Below, in pieces: positions 20,244 through 28,486 of a stretch of DNA of 64,000 bases. A model generated the notes under the pieces. That model was given only the letters and a program-made list of their open reading frames with translations. It had not been told where the DNA came from and did no database searches. Each line of letters opens with the position of its first letter. Positions within the stretch are counted from its first letter, which is position 1. The DNA is from Lysobacterales bacterium (lineage in GTDB: Bacteria; Pseudomonadota; Gammaproteobacteria; Xanthomonadales; Xanthomonadaceae), in contig JBBSJP010000015.1 in NCBI GenBank assembly GCA_038257155.1, positions 31,542-95,541 of the forward strand. The letters are read 5' to 3'. The translations under genes were made by a program, and so were the position numbers.

Positions 20244-21509
20244 TTAGGGCAGGTTCGCGGGGCAGCCACTCGATGAGGGTTCAAGGCCGTCGGCAAACAC
20301 TTCCTCGGCCGGACGAAAGGCCAGCGCCAGGCCGACACGGTTCGTGAGGGGCGCGCTGGCCAGGCTCAGATCGCCCGCCTGCGCCAGTGCAAATCCGAAG
20401 GCGCCTGACGGTCTGCTGCGCCGGGTCGCCAGCACGCGGCCACTCCATGCCGACAGGCCGACTGGCTCGAACCACTCCGCCGTGCCACAGGCTTCACTGC
20501 CATCATCACCGGCAAACGGTGCCGCGGCCAGGATGCCGTTCGCGCTGAGCGAGACCGCCCATCCGAACCGACCGCCGGCTCGCGGCTGCGTCGAGGCAAG
20601 CGACGCAGCGGGCAGCCACGCGACTCCATCATGTTCGAATACGTCGACTCGACCTGTGCGCATGAGGTTGCCGGGAACACCGATGATGGCGCGTGTGCCC
20701 AGCAAAGCGAGCTGGCTGCCGAACCGGTCGCCGTCTGCCGCGGCTGTTGGCAGCAACATGCCCTGCGACTGCCAGCTCAATCCGTCGAAGTCGAAAGCGA
20801 CTACGGCACCGCGCGCGTAGGCTGCACCCGCACCGTCGGGATCGTACGTGGGCAGGCTGACCAAGGCTCGGTTGCCGCTCTGGGCGACACTGAAACCGAA
20901 GCGCTGTTGCGGAGCCGGAACTGGCGACTGCAGTCGCTCGCGGAATACCCAGGTGCCGGCCTCGCGCGCGAACGCGTACACCGCACCGCTGTTCTCAGCC
21001 ACTGCAGGGGCGCCCACCAGCAAACGATCGCCGGACAGGGCCAGGCTCCAGCCGAAGCGGGCATTGCTCTCGCCATCGGGCACGACAAGTCGTTGCGCAT
21101 GGGTCCATGTGCCCACCTGCAATTCAAACAGGTCGACATGGCCATCGTCGCGTTCCGGGCTGCCAACGGCGAGACGGCTGCCATCGAGAGACAAGGCGGC
21201 ACCAAACGCTTGTCGATCGCGTGGCTTCACGGCTTGGAGGCGCTGCACGGGGGCACAGCCTCCGGCGTCGCAATTGAATGCGTGCACTGCACCCGCTGCG
21301 CTGTCCTCGCCCGGCGCTCCAAGAAAAACCCAATTGCCGCCAGCGACGAGGGCATGGCCACGGTCAGCAAGCGCCTCGGAGTCCGAAATCGGTGCATTCA
21401 ACACATCGATTTCGTAACTTGCCACGGGCAGTGTGAACGCCAGCAGCGCGAACCCGGCAACAAGGCCCAGAGGCTCGATCCGAGTGTGCTTGAAAAGGCT
21501 GCAATCCAT
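20244..21509 (-). CDS. Secreted FG-GAP repeat (integrin-alpha-like beta-propeller) protein
   Basis: Signal peptide. Repeated FG..GAP-like units (RFGWSLALSGDRLLVGAP, RFGFSVAQSGNRALVSLP, RFGSQLALLGTRAIIGVP, RFGWAVSLSANGILAAAP). Convergent with the operon end. Confidence 0.75.
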   Translation of the reverse strand: MDCSLFKHTRIEPLGLVAGFALLAFTLPVASYEIDVLNAPISDSEALADRGHALVAGGNWVFLGAPGEDSAAGAVHAFNCDAGGCAPVQRLQAVKPRDRQAFGAALSLDGSRLAVGSPERDDGHVDLFELQVGTWTHAQRLVVPDGESNARFGWSLALSGDRLLVGAPAVAENSGAVYAFAREAGTWVFRERLQSPVPAPQQRFGFSVAQSGNRALVSLPTYDPDGAGAAYARGAVVAFDFDGLSWQSQGMLLPTAAADGDRFGSQLALLGTRAIIGVPGNLMRTGRVDVFEHDGVAWLPAASLASTQPRAGGRFGWAVSLSANGILAAAPFAGDDGSEACGTAEWFEPVGLSAWSGRVLATRRSRPSGAFGFALAQAGDLSLASAPLTNRVGLALAFRPAEEVFADGLEPSSSGCPANLP

Positions 21510-21909
21510 TGACGCAGTGTGCGTCGAAGCACCGCTGGACTGTCAAGCCGCGACTGAGGGAAAACACCCAGGTAAGACACAGCGGTTCAGGCAGCAGGCA
21601 GATTGATCAGGCTGACGAAGCCTCAGCTTCCTCCCAAGGTCCTCGACGGTTGCCGCCCCGCTGCCTAGCCGTGCCTGAACCTGTTTCGGCGTGAAGCAGG
21701 CTATGCGAATAGCCTCCAATCGCCGTGGGGCGAAACAGGCTGCATGCCGAAAGCGACCCGAAGACAAGAGAGCGGAACTTCCGAGGTACAAGAAAATGAC
21801 TTGTTAGCGCCGCACGCGACAGCTGCTGCTGTTGCCCATGACGCTCTGGTCGCCGCTGCCACGCCCGCAGGCGCAGTGTCATCGAAGCGAGATAACCTCA
21901 GCGCCTCTC

Positions 21910-23283
21910 TCACCCCAAATCAATCGCCTTTTCCTTGTGCTCCTTCAGCCGCTTCTCCAGGTAATGGATGTTCATCCCACCCTGTTGAAAACCGACATCC
22001 GACAGGATGCGCTGCTGCAGCGGGATGTTGGTCTTGATGCCATCGACCACCATCTCTGACAGAGCCACCCGCATGCGGGCGATGGCTTGGGCGCGGTCGG
22101 CGCCGTGCACGATCAGCTTGCCGATCATCGAGTCGTAGTTGGACGGCACCCGATAGCCCTCGTAGATGTGGCTGTCGACTCGAACGCCGGGGCCACCTGG
22201 GGCGTGGAAATGCTTGATCAGGCCGGGGCAGGGCAGAAAACTGTCCGGGTCTTCGGCGTTGATTCGGCATTCGATGGCGTGGCCGCGCAGCACGATATCC
22301 TGCTGGCGAATCGACAGTGGCCGGCCGGCGGCGATCATCAGCTGCTCGCGTACCAGGTCGACGCCGGTGATCATTTCGGTCACCGGATGCTCGACCTGGA
22401 TGCGGGTGTTCATTTCGATGAAATAGAAGCGGCCCTCCTCGAACAGGAATTCGAAGGTGCCCGCGCCGCGGTAGCCGATGCGGATGCAGGCCTCGACGCA
22501 GACCTTGCCGATCTCGGCGCGCTGCGCTTCGGTGATGCCGGGTGCCGGTGCCTCTTCAACCACCTTCTGGTGACGGCGCTGCATCGAGCAGTCGCGCTCG
22601 CCGAGATGTATTGCATTGCCCTGGCCATCGGCCAGTACCTGGATCTCCACGTGCCGTGGGTTCTCCAGGAATTTCTCCATGTACACCATGTCGTTGCCAA
22701 ACGCGGCCTTGGCTTCCGACTTGGTGGTCGCCACGGCGTTGGGCAGATGCGCTTCTGTGTGCACCACCCGCATGCCGCGTCCACCGCCACCGCCGGCGGC
22801 CTTGACGATGACCGGATAGCCGATTTCGCGCGCGATGCGCACGTTCTCTGCCGGATCATCGCCCAGCGGTCCGCCCGAACCCGGCACGCAGGGCACGCCA
22901 GCCGCCTTCATTGCACGAATGGCCTCGACCTTGTCGCCCATCAGGCGGATGGTGTCGGCCTTTGGCCCGATGAAGATGAAGCCGCTCTGCTCGACGCGCT
23001 CGGCGAAGTCGGCGTTTTCAGAGAGAAAGCCATAGCCCGGATGAATGGCCTGGGCATCGGTGACCTCGGCTGCGGCAATGATTGCCGGGATGTCGAGGTA
23101 GCTGCGGTTGGATGGCGGCGGGCCGATGCAGACCGATTCATCGGCCATCGCGACGTGCTTCAGGTTGCGATCGACGGTGGAATGCACCGCGACGGTCTGG
23201 ATGCCCAGCGCATGGCAGGCCCGCAGGATGCGCAGCGCGATCTCGCCACGATTGGCGATGACTACCTTGTCGAGAGTGTTCAT
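21910..23283 (-). CDS. accC: Acetyl-CoA carboxylase biotin carboxylase subunit
   Basis: Start at internal ATG ([23 protein letters not shown]...). ATP-grasp motifs. ~457 aa. Confidence 0.92.
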   Translation of the reverse strand: MNTLDKVVIANRGEIALRILRACHALGIQTVAVHSTVDRNLKHVAMADESVCIGPPPSNRSYLDIPAIIAAAEVTDAQAIHPGYGFLSENADFAERVEQSGFIFIGPKADTIRLMGDKVEAIRAMKAAGVPCVPGSGGPLGDDPAENVRIAREIGYPVIVKAAGGGGGRGMRVVHTEAHLPNAVATTKSEAKAAFGNDMVYMEKFLENPRHVEIQVLADGQGNAIHLGERDCSMQRRHQKVVEEAPAPGITEAQRAEIGKVCVEACIRIGYRGAGTFEFLFEEGRFYFIEMNTRIQVEHPVTEMITGVDLVREQLMIAAGRPLSIRQQDIVLRGHAIECRINAEDPDSFLPCPGLIKHFHAPGGPGVRVDSHIYEGYRVPSNYDSMIGKLIVHGADRAQAIARMRVALSEMVVDGIKTNIPLQQRILSDVGFQQGGMNIHYLEKRLKEHKEKAIDLG

Positions 23284-23564
23284 GCGGCGCTCCGGTACCA
23301 CACGCGCACGACTTGAACGCGTTGGGCAGTAAGTTCGAACATCCCGATGTTGTAGCGGACGTCATCGTGCGCGCTGGTGGAAGACTGCTCAGCCGCGGAC
23401 TGAGGCAGGATCAGGGTCTCGATGCTGAGCACGTCGACCTGCTCGCGCGCGATCCAGGCATTGGTTGCTTCAAGCACGGTATCCATGGTCTGCCGGCCAC
23501 CGATGGCCAGGCCGAGGACTTTCTGCTTCCAGTCGGGGGCGAAGTCGCGAAAACGGATTTTCAT
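23280..23564 (-). CDS. Small hypothetical ORF wedged between accB and accC (ATG 23564; alternative GTG 23576 overlapping accB stop)
   Basis: 94-aa [26 protein letters not shown]... filling an unusual 289-bp accB-accC gap. No recognised family. Coding status is uncertain. Confidence 0.35.
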   Translation of the reverse strand: MKIRFRDFAPDWKQKVLGLAIGGRQTMDTVLEATNAWIAREQVDVLSIETLILPQSAAEQSSTSAHDDVRYNIGMFELTAQRVQVVRVWYRSAA

Positions 23565-23572
23565 TCCCCGTG

Positions 23573-24064
23573 TCACCCGATGACGAAAAGTGGCTCGTCG
23601 AACTCGACCGGCTGGCCGTTCTCGACCAGCACGGCGAGCACGGTGCCGGACACGTCCGCCTCGATCGGGTTGAACATCTTCATCGCTTCGATGATGCCCA
23701 TGGTGTCGCCGGCCTTTACCGACTGGCCGACCTTGACGAAGGCCGGGGCTTCGGGATTCGGCGAACCATAAAAGGTGCCGACCATCGGCGAGCGCATGGT
23801 GTGGCCGTCCGGTTGGGCAGGCACGGATCGGCCGCCGGTGGCAGCCTCGGTCGGCGAGACCATGCCCTGCACAGCACGTGGCGCCTCGAGCATTGGTGCA
23901 TGCATTGGCGCATGCATCGGCATCGAGGCATGCGAGTAGTGCATCGTGCCGCCGGTGGGCACGCGGGACAGGCGCACGGATTCTTCGCCTTCCTTGATCT
24001 CGATCTCGGAGAGGTTGGACTCTTCCAGCAGGTCGATCAGTTTCTTGATTTTTCGCAGGTCCAT
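23573..24064 (-). CDS. accB: Biotin carboxyl carrier protein
   Basis: Start [29 protein letters not shown]. Pro/Ala linker. Biotinyl motif [20 protein letters not shown]. Confidence 0.9.
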   Translation of the reverse strand: MDLRKIKKLIDLLEESNLSEIEIKEGEESVRLSRVPTGGTMHYSHASMPMHAPMHAPMLEAPRAVQGMVSPTEAATGGRSVPAQPDGHTMRSPMVGTFYGSPNPEAPAFVKVGQSVKAGDTMGIIEAMKMFNPIEADVSGTVLAVLVENGQPVEFDEPLFVIG

Positions 24065-24082
24065 GGGGGCCTCTGGGTCTAG

Positions 24083-24240
24083 GGTCAGCGGCTGCGCCGC
24101 TTTTGGTAAGTGAGAGGTGAGGAAGTCAGTCGCCCGCTGCGCGGGCTGTAAGTTTTGGTCAGTCGGCGGCTGCGCCGCCTGTAAGAAGTGAGAAGTCAGC
24201 GACGCGACGCTTCGACTGACAGCCCGCGCAGCGGGCGACT
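24083..24240. repeat. GC-rich composite palindromic element (REP-like) between aroQ and accB
   Basis: 22-bp inverted repeat (AGTCGCCCGCTGCGCGGGCTGT at ~24128-24149 and its complement at ~24219-24240), each arm itself palindromic. Also direct repeats GGTCAG(T)CGGCTGCGCCGC...GTAAG.AGTGAGA. Confidence 0.6.
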
Positions 24241-24698
24241 TACTTTCTCTCCTCCTGACTCCCTGGAAGCCGCCGCAAGGCGGCATCCAGGGCAAGGCGG
24301 TAGCTTTCGGCTCCGAAGCCACAAATAACGCCAACCGCCAGGTCGCTCAAATAGCTGTGATGACGAAAGGGCTCGCGTGCGTGTGGGTTGGACACGTGGA
24401 TCTCGATGAACGGGATGGCCACCGCCGCCAGCGCGTCACGCAGCGCCACGGAGGTATGGGTGAAGGCGGCGGGATTGATCAGGATGAAGGCGGTACCATC
24501 GGTCCGTGCCGCCTGGACGCGCTCTACCAGCACGTGTTCGGCATTGGACTGCAGCGCATCCACGCGATGGCCAAGTGCAGCGGCCGACGCGCCGAGCTCC
24601 GCGTCTATCTCGGCCAGCGTGGTGCGGCCATAGACCTCCGGCTCGCGCTGTCCGAGCAGGTTCAGGTTGGGACCATGCAACAGCAGAATCTGCGCCAC
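24240..24698 (-). CDS. aroQ: 3-dehydroquinate dehydratase, type II
   Basis: GTG start ([24 protein letters not shown]). The type II DHQase core extends to ...[34 protein letters not shown]. aroQ-accB-accC order is conserved. Confidence 0.85.
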   Translation of the reverse strand: MAQILLLHGPNLNLLGQREPEVYGRTTLAEIDAELGASAAALGHRVDALQSNAEHVLVERVQAARTDGTAFILINPAAFTHTSVALRDALAAVAIPFIEIHVSNPHAREPFRHHSYLSDLAVGVICGFGAESYRLALDAALRRLPGSQEERK

Positions 24699-24904
24699 CC
24701 GCGTTCTCCCGAGGAAGGCGCGCAAGTCTGCGTGAAGGCCGCGTTGATGTCCAGTTTGCCGAAGATCGTCGCCGTTTCGGCGGATGTGCGGAAGTTGGCC
24801 CCAGTACCCATCGCCCTGACGGCACCACCCGATGGCGCGGAGGGTCCATCCACAAACGCAAAGCGCCAGGCATGCCTGGCGCTTTGGAGGCAAAGTAACG
24901 GGGC

Positions 24905-25081
24905 TTACTTCTTCGGAGTAACGGCTTCCTTGAGGTCGCCGTAGGCAGACTGCACCTTGCCAGTGACCTGCTCAACCTTGCCATTGCGCTCCATCGATTT
25001 GTTGCCGACGGCGCGTCCCACGGCTTCCTTGACCTTGCCCTTGTTCTCCTTGATCCGGCCCTTGATGTTGTCCTTGTTCAT
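24905..25081 (-). CDS. csbD: CsbD-family stress protein
   Basis: 58-aa product from internal ATG. Full product: [58 protein letters not shown]. Confidence 0.75.
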   Translation of the reverse strand: MNKDNIKGRIKENKGKVKEAVGRAVGNKSMERNGKVEQVTGKVQSAYGDLKEAVTPKK

Positions 25082-25260
25082 GTCACGCTCCTGCTGCAGC
25101 CCTGCGACGAATGCCCGGCGATTGCTACGGACCGTTCCTGCCGCGAACTGAACCGCCAAAACCGGACGCCAGTCCGGATCTTGTGTGCCATGGCGTTCGA
25201 TCGTCTGTTCGGAACCGCACGTCGCAAACCGCACCCGCAGGCACGCCGGACGGCAGGGCT

Positions 25261-25806
25261 TCAGTCATCCACCCACGTCGCCAGTTCGTCCGCTGTGAAT
25301 TCACCGAGTTTTTGCGCTGCGATGCGGCCCTGCGCGTCGATCAGCACCGAGTAGGGCAACACGCCGCGCGCATTGCCGAGGCGAGTGGAGAGGTCGACCA
25401 GGCCGACTTCCGCGATCGCGATCTGATAGGCGACAGGATGTTGAGCAAGGAAGGTTCGCACCGACCCGGCATCCTCCAGTGCGATACCGATGACATCAAT
25501 GCCCTGGTCGGCGTATTGCGTAGCGAAGACGTCGAGCATGGGCATTTCCTTGATGCAAGGAGGGCACCAGGAAGCCCAGAAGTTGATCAGCACGCGACGG
25601 CCGTTGCGTGGAAGCACCGAGACGGTCCGTCCCTCCGGGTCGAGCAGCTCAATGGCCGGGGCGGCATCGCCGATGCCCAGCACCTCGGTGCCGGGCGGCA
25701 ATGGCACTGCGGGTGGCAGGCGGCGGTCCTGCCCCAGCCACAGACCCAGGCCCGCAGCCAGCACGGCGACGAGAACAATCAGGACGGTCTGGCGCAGTGG
25801 CATCAA
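25261..25806 (-). CDS. TlpA-family periplasmic thiol:disulfide oxidoreductase
   Basis: N-terminal TM anchor. Thioredoxin motif WASWCPPC. Overlaps the dsbD stop by 4 nt. Confidence 0.85.
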   Translation of the reverse strand: MMPLRQTVLIVLVAVLAAGLGLWLGQDRRLPPAVPLPPGTEVLGIGDAAPAIELLDPEGRTVSVLPRNGRRVLINFWASWCPPCIKEMPMLDVFATQYADQGIDVIGIALEDAGSVRTFLAQHPVAYQIAIAEVGLVDLSTRLGNARGVLPYSVLIDAQGRIAAQKLGEFTADELATWVDD

Positions 25807-27986
25807 CGCGCTGCCCCGAGTGCCTCCAACACCACCGATTCGCTCAGCACCAGCGGCAGTACCAGCGGCTCACCACCACCGGCGGGGTACATCACATAGA
25901 GCGGAACACCCACCGCACCGTGCTCCTGCAGGAATGCCGTGATTGCTGGATCGACATTGGTCCAGTCGCCTTTCATGTAGACCGTTGCGGTGCTGGCAAG
26001 ACCGTCGCGGAACGCGTCGCCTGCCAGCACCCGGCGCTCGTTGGCCTTGCAGGTGACGCACCAGTCGGCGGTCATGTTGACGAACACGGCGCGGCCCTCG
26101 CTGCGCAGCGCCTGCAGGCGATCAGCCGAGTACGCCACACTGCCTTCGGTAACCGTGGCGCTGGGTGTTTCGAGGCGGGTCACCGCCCATAGCGGCAGCA
26201 GGGCCAACAGCAGCAGCGCAACGCCAAGCGCGCGCGACAGCGGACGCGACTGATGGCGCAGGCGCTCCAGCCACCACAGCGCGGCCGCCAGCAGCACCAC
26301 GCCGATCAGCAGCAGGGCAACCGCGTCGACGCCGCGCTGCTTGCCCAGCACCCAGGCCAGCCACACGGCCGTCAGGTACATCGGGAAGGCCATGGCCTGT
26401 TTGAAGCCATCCATCCAGGCGCCGGGGCGCGGCAGCATGCGGGCAAAGGCCGGCACGAAGCCGATCAGCAGGAAGGGCAGGGCCAGGCCGAGGCCCAGCG
26501 CCAGAAACACTGCCAGGGCCAGCGCGGTCGGCGCGGCGAAGGCGAAGGCCAGGGCGGTGCCCATGAAGGGAGCGGTGCAGGGGCTTGCAACCACGACGGC
26601 GAGCACGCCGGTGAAGAAATCGCCAGCCGGGCCGGATTTCTGGGTGAGGTTCTGGCCGAGTCCGGCGACGCCGGCGCCGAGTGTGAATACCCCCGACAGG
26701 GACAGGCCGATTGCCAGCATCACATAGGCCAGCGCCGCAACAAAGATTGGCTGCTGCAGCTGGAAGCCCCAGCCGAGTGCCTCGCCGGCGGCACGCAGAC
26801 CAATCACGGCAAGTCCCACGGCCGCGAATGTCGTCAGCACGCCGGCGGTGTACCAGAGCGCGTGCGAGCGAGCCTTCTCGCGGCTTTCGCCACTCGATGC
26901 CAGTCCCAGTGCCTTGAGCGACAGGATCGGCAGCACGCATGGCATCAGGTTCAGCACCAGCCCGCCGATCAATGCGCCACCCAGCGCGGCAAGCAAGGCC
27001 AGGAAGCCCAAGCTGGACTTGCCAGCATCCATGGGCGAAGTCGGTGGTGTCTCGGGCAGCGCGGTCGCCTCGCCAGCCGGCAGATCTACCGCAACCACGC
27101 GGGTCATCGGGGGATAGCAGACGCCATCCGTCTGGCAGCCCTGGAATGTTGCTTCCAGCATGACGCGCTGGGCGCCACCGTCACGGCGGCCAATCGACAT
27201 CGGCAGTTCAACCTGGTCGAAGTAGACCAACACCTCGCCGAAGTGTTCATCGGCATGGGGCGTGGCTTGCGGCCAGCGCGGTGCGCCCAGCCCTACGCCC
27301 TCACCCTCGATGATGCGGAAGCTGCTGCGGTCCTGATAAAGGTAATAGCCGGGCGCTGGGGTGAAGCGCAGCAGCAGTTCGCTGCTCGACACGGCAATGG
27401 CGTCGAAGGCGAAAGCCTCGTCCTCTGGCAGCGGCAGCGAATCTGTCACCAATGGCCCCGTGCCACCGAGCTGCAGGCCGCTGGACTGCTGCCCCAGCGT
27501 CAGTCCCAGCGGGTTGGACGTCGCGGCTGGTGCAGGCAGTGCCGTGGCAGCAGGCAGCGCCACGCTGATCGTCTGCTTGTGCGGCGGATAGCAAACGCCG
27601 ACATCGGCGCAGCCCTGATAGCGCAGGGTGAAGCTCGCCTCGCGCGCGCCAAGGACCGGGCTGCCGGCAAGCACGGCTTCGACGCTGTCGCGGTAAGTTT
27701 CCACGTCGCCGAAGAATTCGTCGGTGTAGGCCTCTCCCGGCGGCAGCTGCAGCGGGTCGGCCTTGAACTTGCCGTCGGCGCTCTCGGCGCCCATTCGATG
27801 CCGGTAAAGGTAGTAGCCCTCGGCAATCCTGAAATGAAAGACGATGCGCTGGTCCGACTCGGCACGAGCAGTCAGCGCGAAGGCCTGATCGATTGGCAAC
27901 AGGTCATCCGGGTCGACCGCGTGGCTGGGCGAAGCAGCCAGCAAGGCGGTGCAGAACAGCAGGAAGCGCAACAGGGAAGCGGGCAT
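25803..27986 (-). CDS. dsbD: Thiol:disulfide interchange protein DsbD with duplicated N-terminal alpha domain (start 27986, or 28055 overlapping cutA)
   Basis: Two alpha-domain signatures (YQGCADVGVCYPP and FQGCQTDGVCYPP). Central 8-TM beta domain with conserved Cys (NLMPCVLP, SPCTAP). C-terminal thioredoxin-like gamma domain (DWCVTCK). Confidence 0.85.
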   Translation of the reverse strand: MPASLLRFLLFCTALLAASPSHAVDPDDLLPIDQAFALTARAESDQRIVFHFRIAEGYYLYRHRMGAESADGKFKADPLQLPPGEAYTDEFFGDVETYRDSVEAVLAGSPVLGAREASFTLRYQGCADVGVCYPPHKQTISVALPAATALPAPAATSNPLGLTLGQQSSGLQLGGTGPLVTDSLPLPEDEAFAFDAIAVSSSELLLRFTPAPGYYLYQDRSSFRIIEGEGVGLGAPRWPQATPHADEHFGEVLVYFDQVELPMSIGRRDGGAQRVMLEATFQGCQTDGVCYPPMTRVVAVDLPAGEATALPETPPTSPMDAGKSSLGFLALLAALGGALIGGLVLNLMPCVLPILSLKALGLASSGESREKARSHALWYTAGVLTTFAAVGLAVIGLRAAGEALGWGFQLQQPIFVAALAYVMLAIGLSLSGVFTLGAGVAGLGQNLTQKSGPAGDFFTGVLAVVVASPCTAPFMGTALAFAFAAPTALALAVFLALGLGLALPFLLIGFVPAFARMLPRPGAWMDGFKQAMAFPMYLTAVWLAWVLGKQRGVDAVALLLIGVVLLAAALWWLERLRHQSRPLSRALGVALLLLALLPLWAVTRLETPSATVTEGSVAYSADRLQALRSEGRAVFVNMTADWCVTCKANERRVLAGDAFRDGLASTATVYMKGDWTNVDPAITAFLQEHGAVGVPLYVMYPAGGGEPLVLPLVLSESVVLEALGAAR

Positions 27987-28051
27987 GGAAGGGGCGGACG
28001 CAGTACGGAATGGGGTAGAGACAGCAAAGGTGGCAAAGGGTTCGCGCCTGA

Positions 28052-28377
28052 TCATCGGTTTTCCGGTGAGGTCTCGGTTTGAATCCAGGACAGATAGGCT
28101 GGTAGGCCATCGGAGATGTCCACGGCGATGATCTCCGGCACATCAAAGCGGTGCAGCGCCTCAATTCGATCGCGCAGGGCGGCAAAGCGCTGCGCAGTCG
28201 TCTTGATCATCAGCAGGACCTCCGCGGCCTCCTCGATCCGGCCTTGCCAGCGGTACACCGAACGGACCTGCGGCAGCTGGTTCACGCATGCCGCAAGCCG
28301 CTGTTCGACGAGGTCTCGCGCGATGCTGCTGGCGGAGTCTGCATCGGGGCAGCTACAGAACACGATGAGTTCGGACA
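28052..28377 (-). CDS. cutA: Divalent-cation tolerance protein CutA
   Basis: 108 aa, MSELIVFCSCPDADSASSIARDLVEQRLAACVNQLPQVRSVYRWQGRIEEAAEVLLMIKTTAQRF... Lies at the 3' end of a long spurious antisense ORF. cutA-dsbD order is conserved. Confidence 0.8.
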
Positions 28378-28486
28378 TGGTCGCGAGCGAATGGATCGTC
28401 AGAAGGAGGTATTGAAGCCAGCCATGGTACGCGGAACCTGCCGGGCGCTTCTGGCACCATGCAGGCAGTCCACAGACTGCACGCCA

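Noticed and set aside
21510-21909. 400-bp intergenic region between FG-GAP gene and accC searched for sRNA/terminator
   Set aside because: No convincing hairpin-U tract or conserved motif recognisable by eye. Left unannotated.
22087-23316. 409-aa plus-strand ORF opposite accC
   Set aside because: Antisense to a highly conserved accC reading frame.
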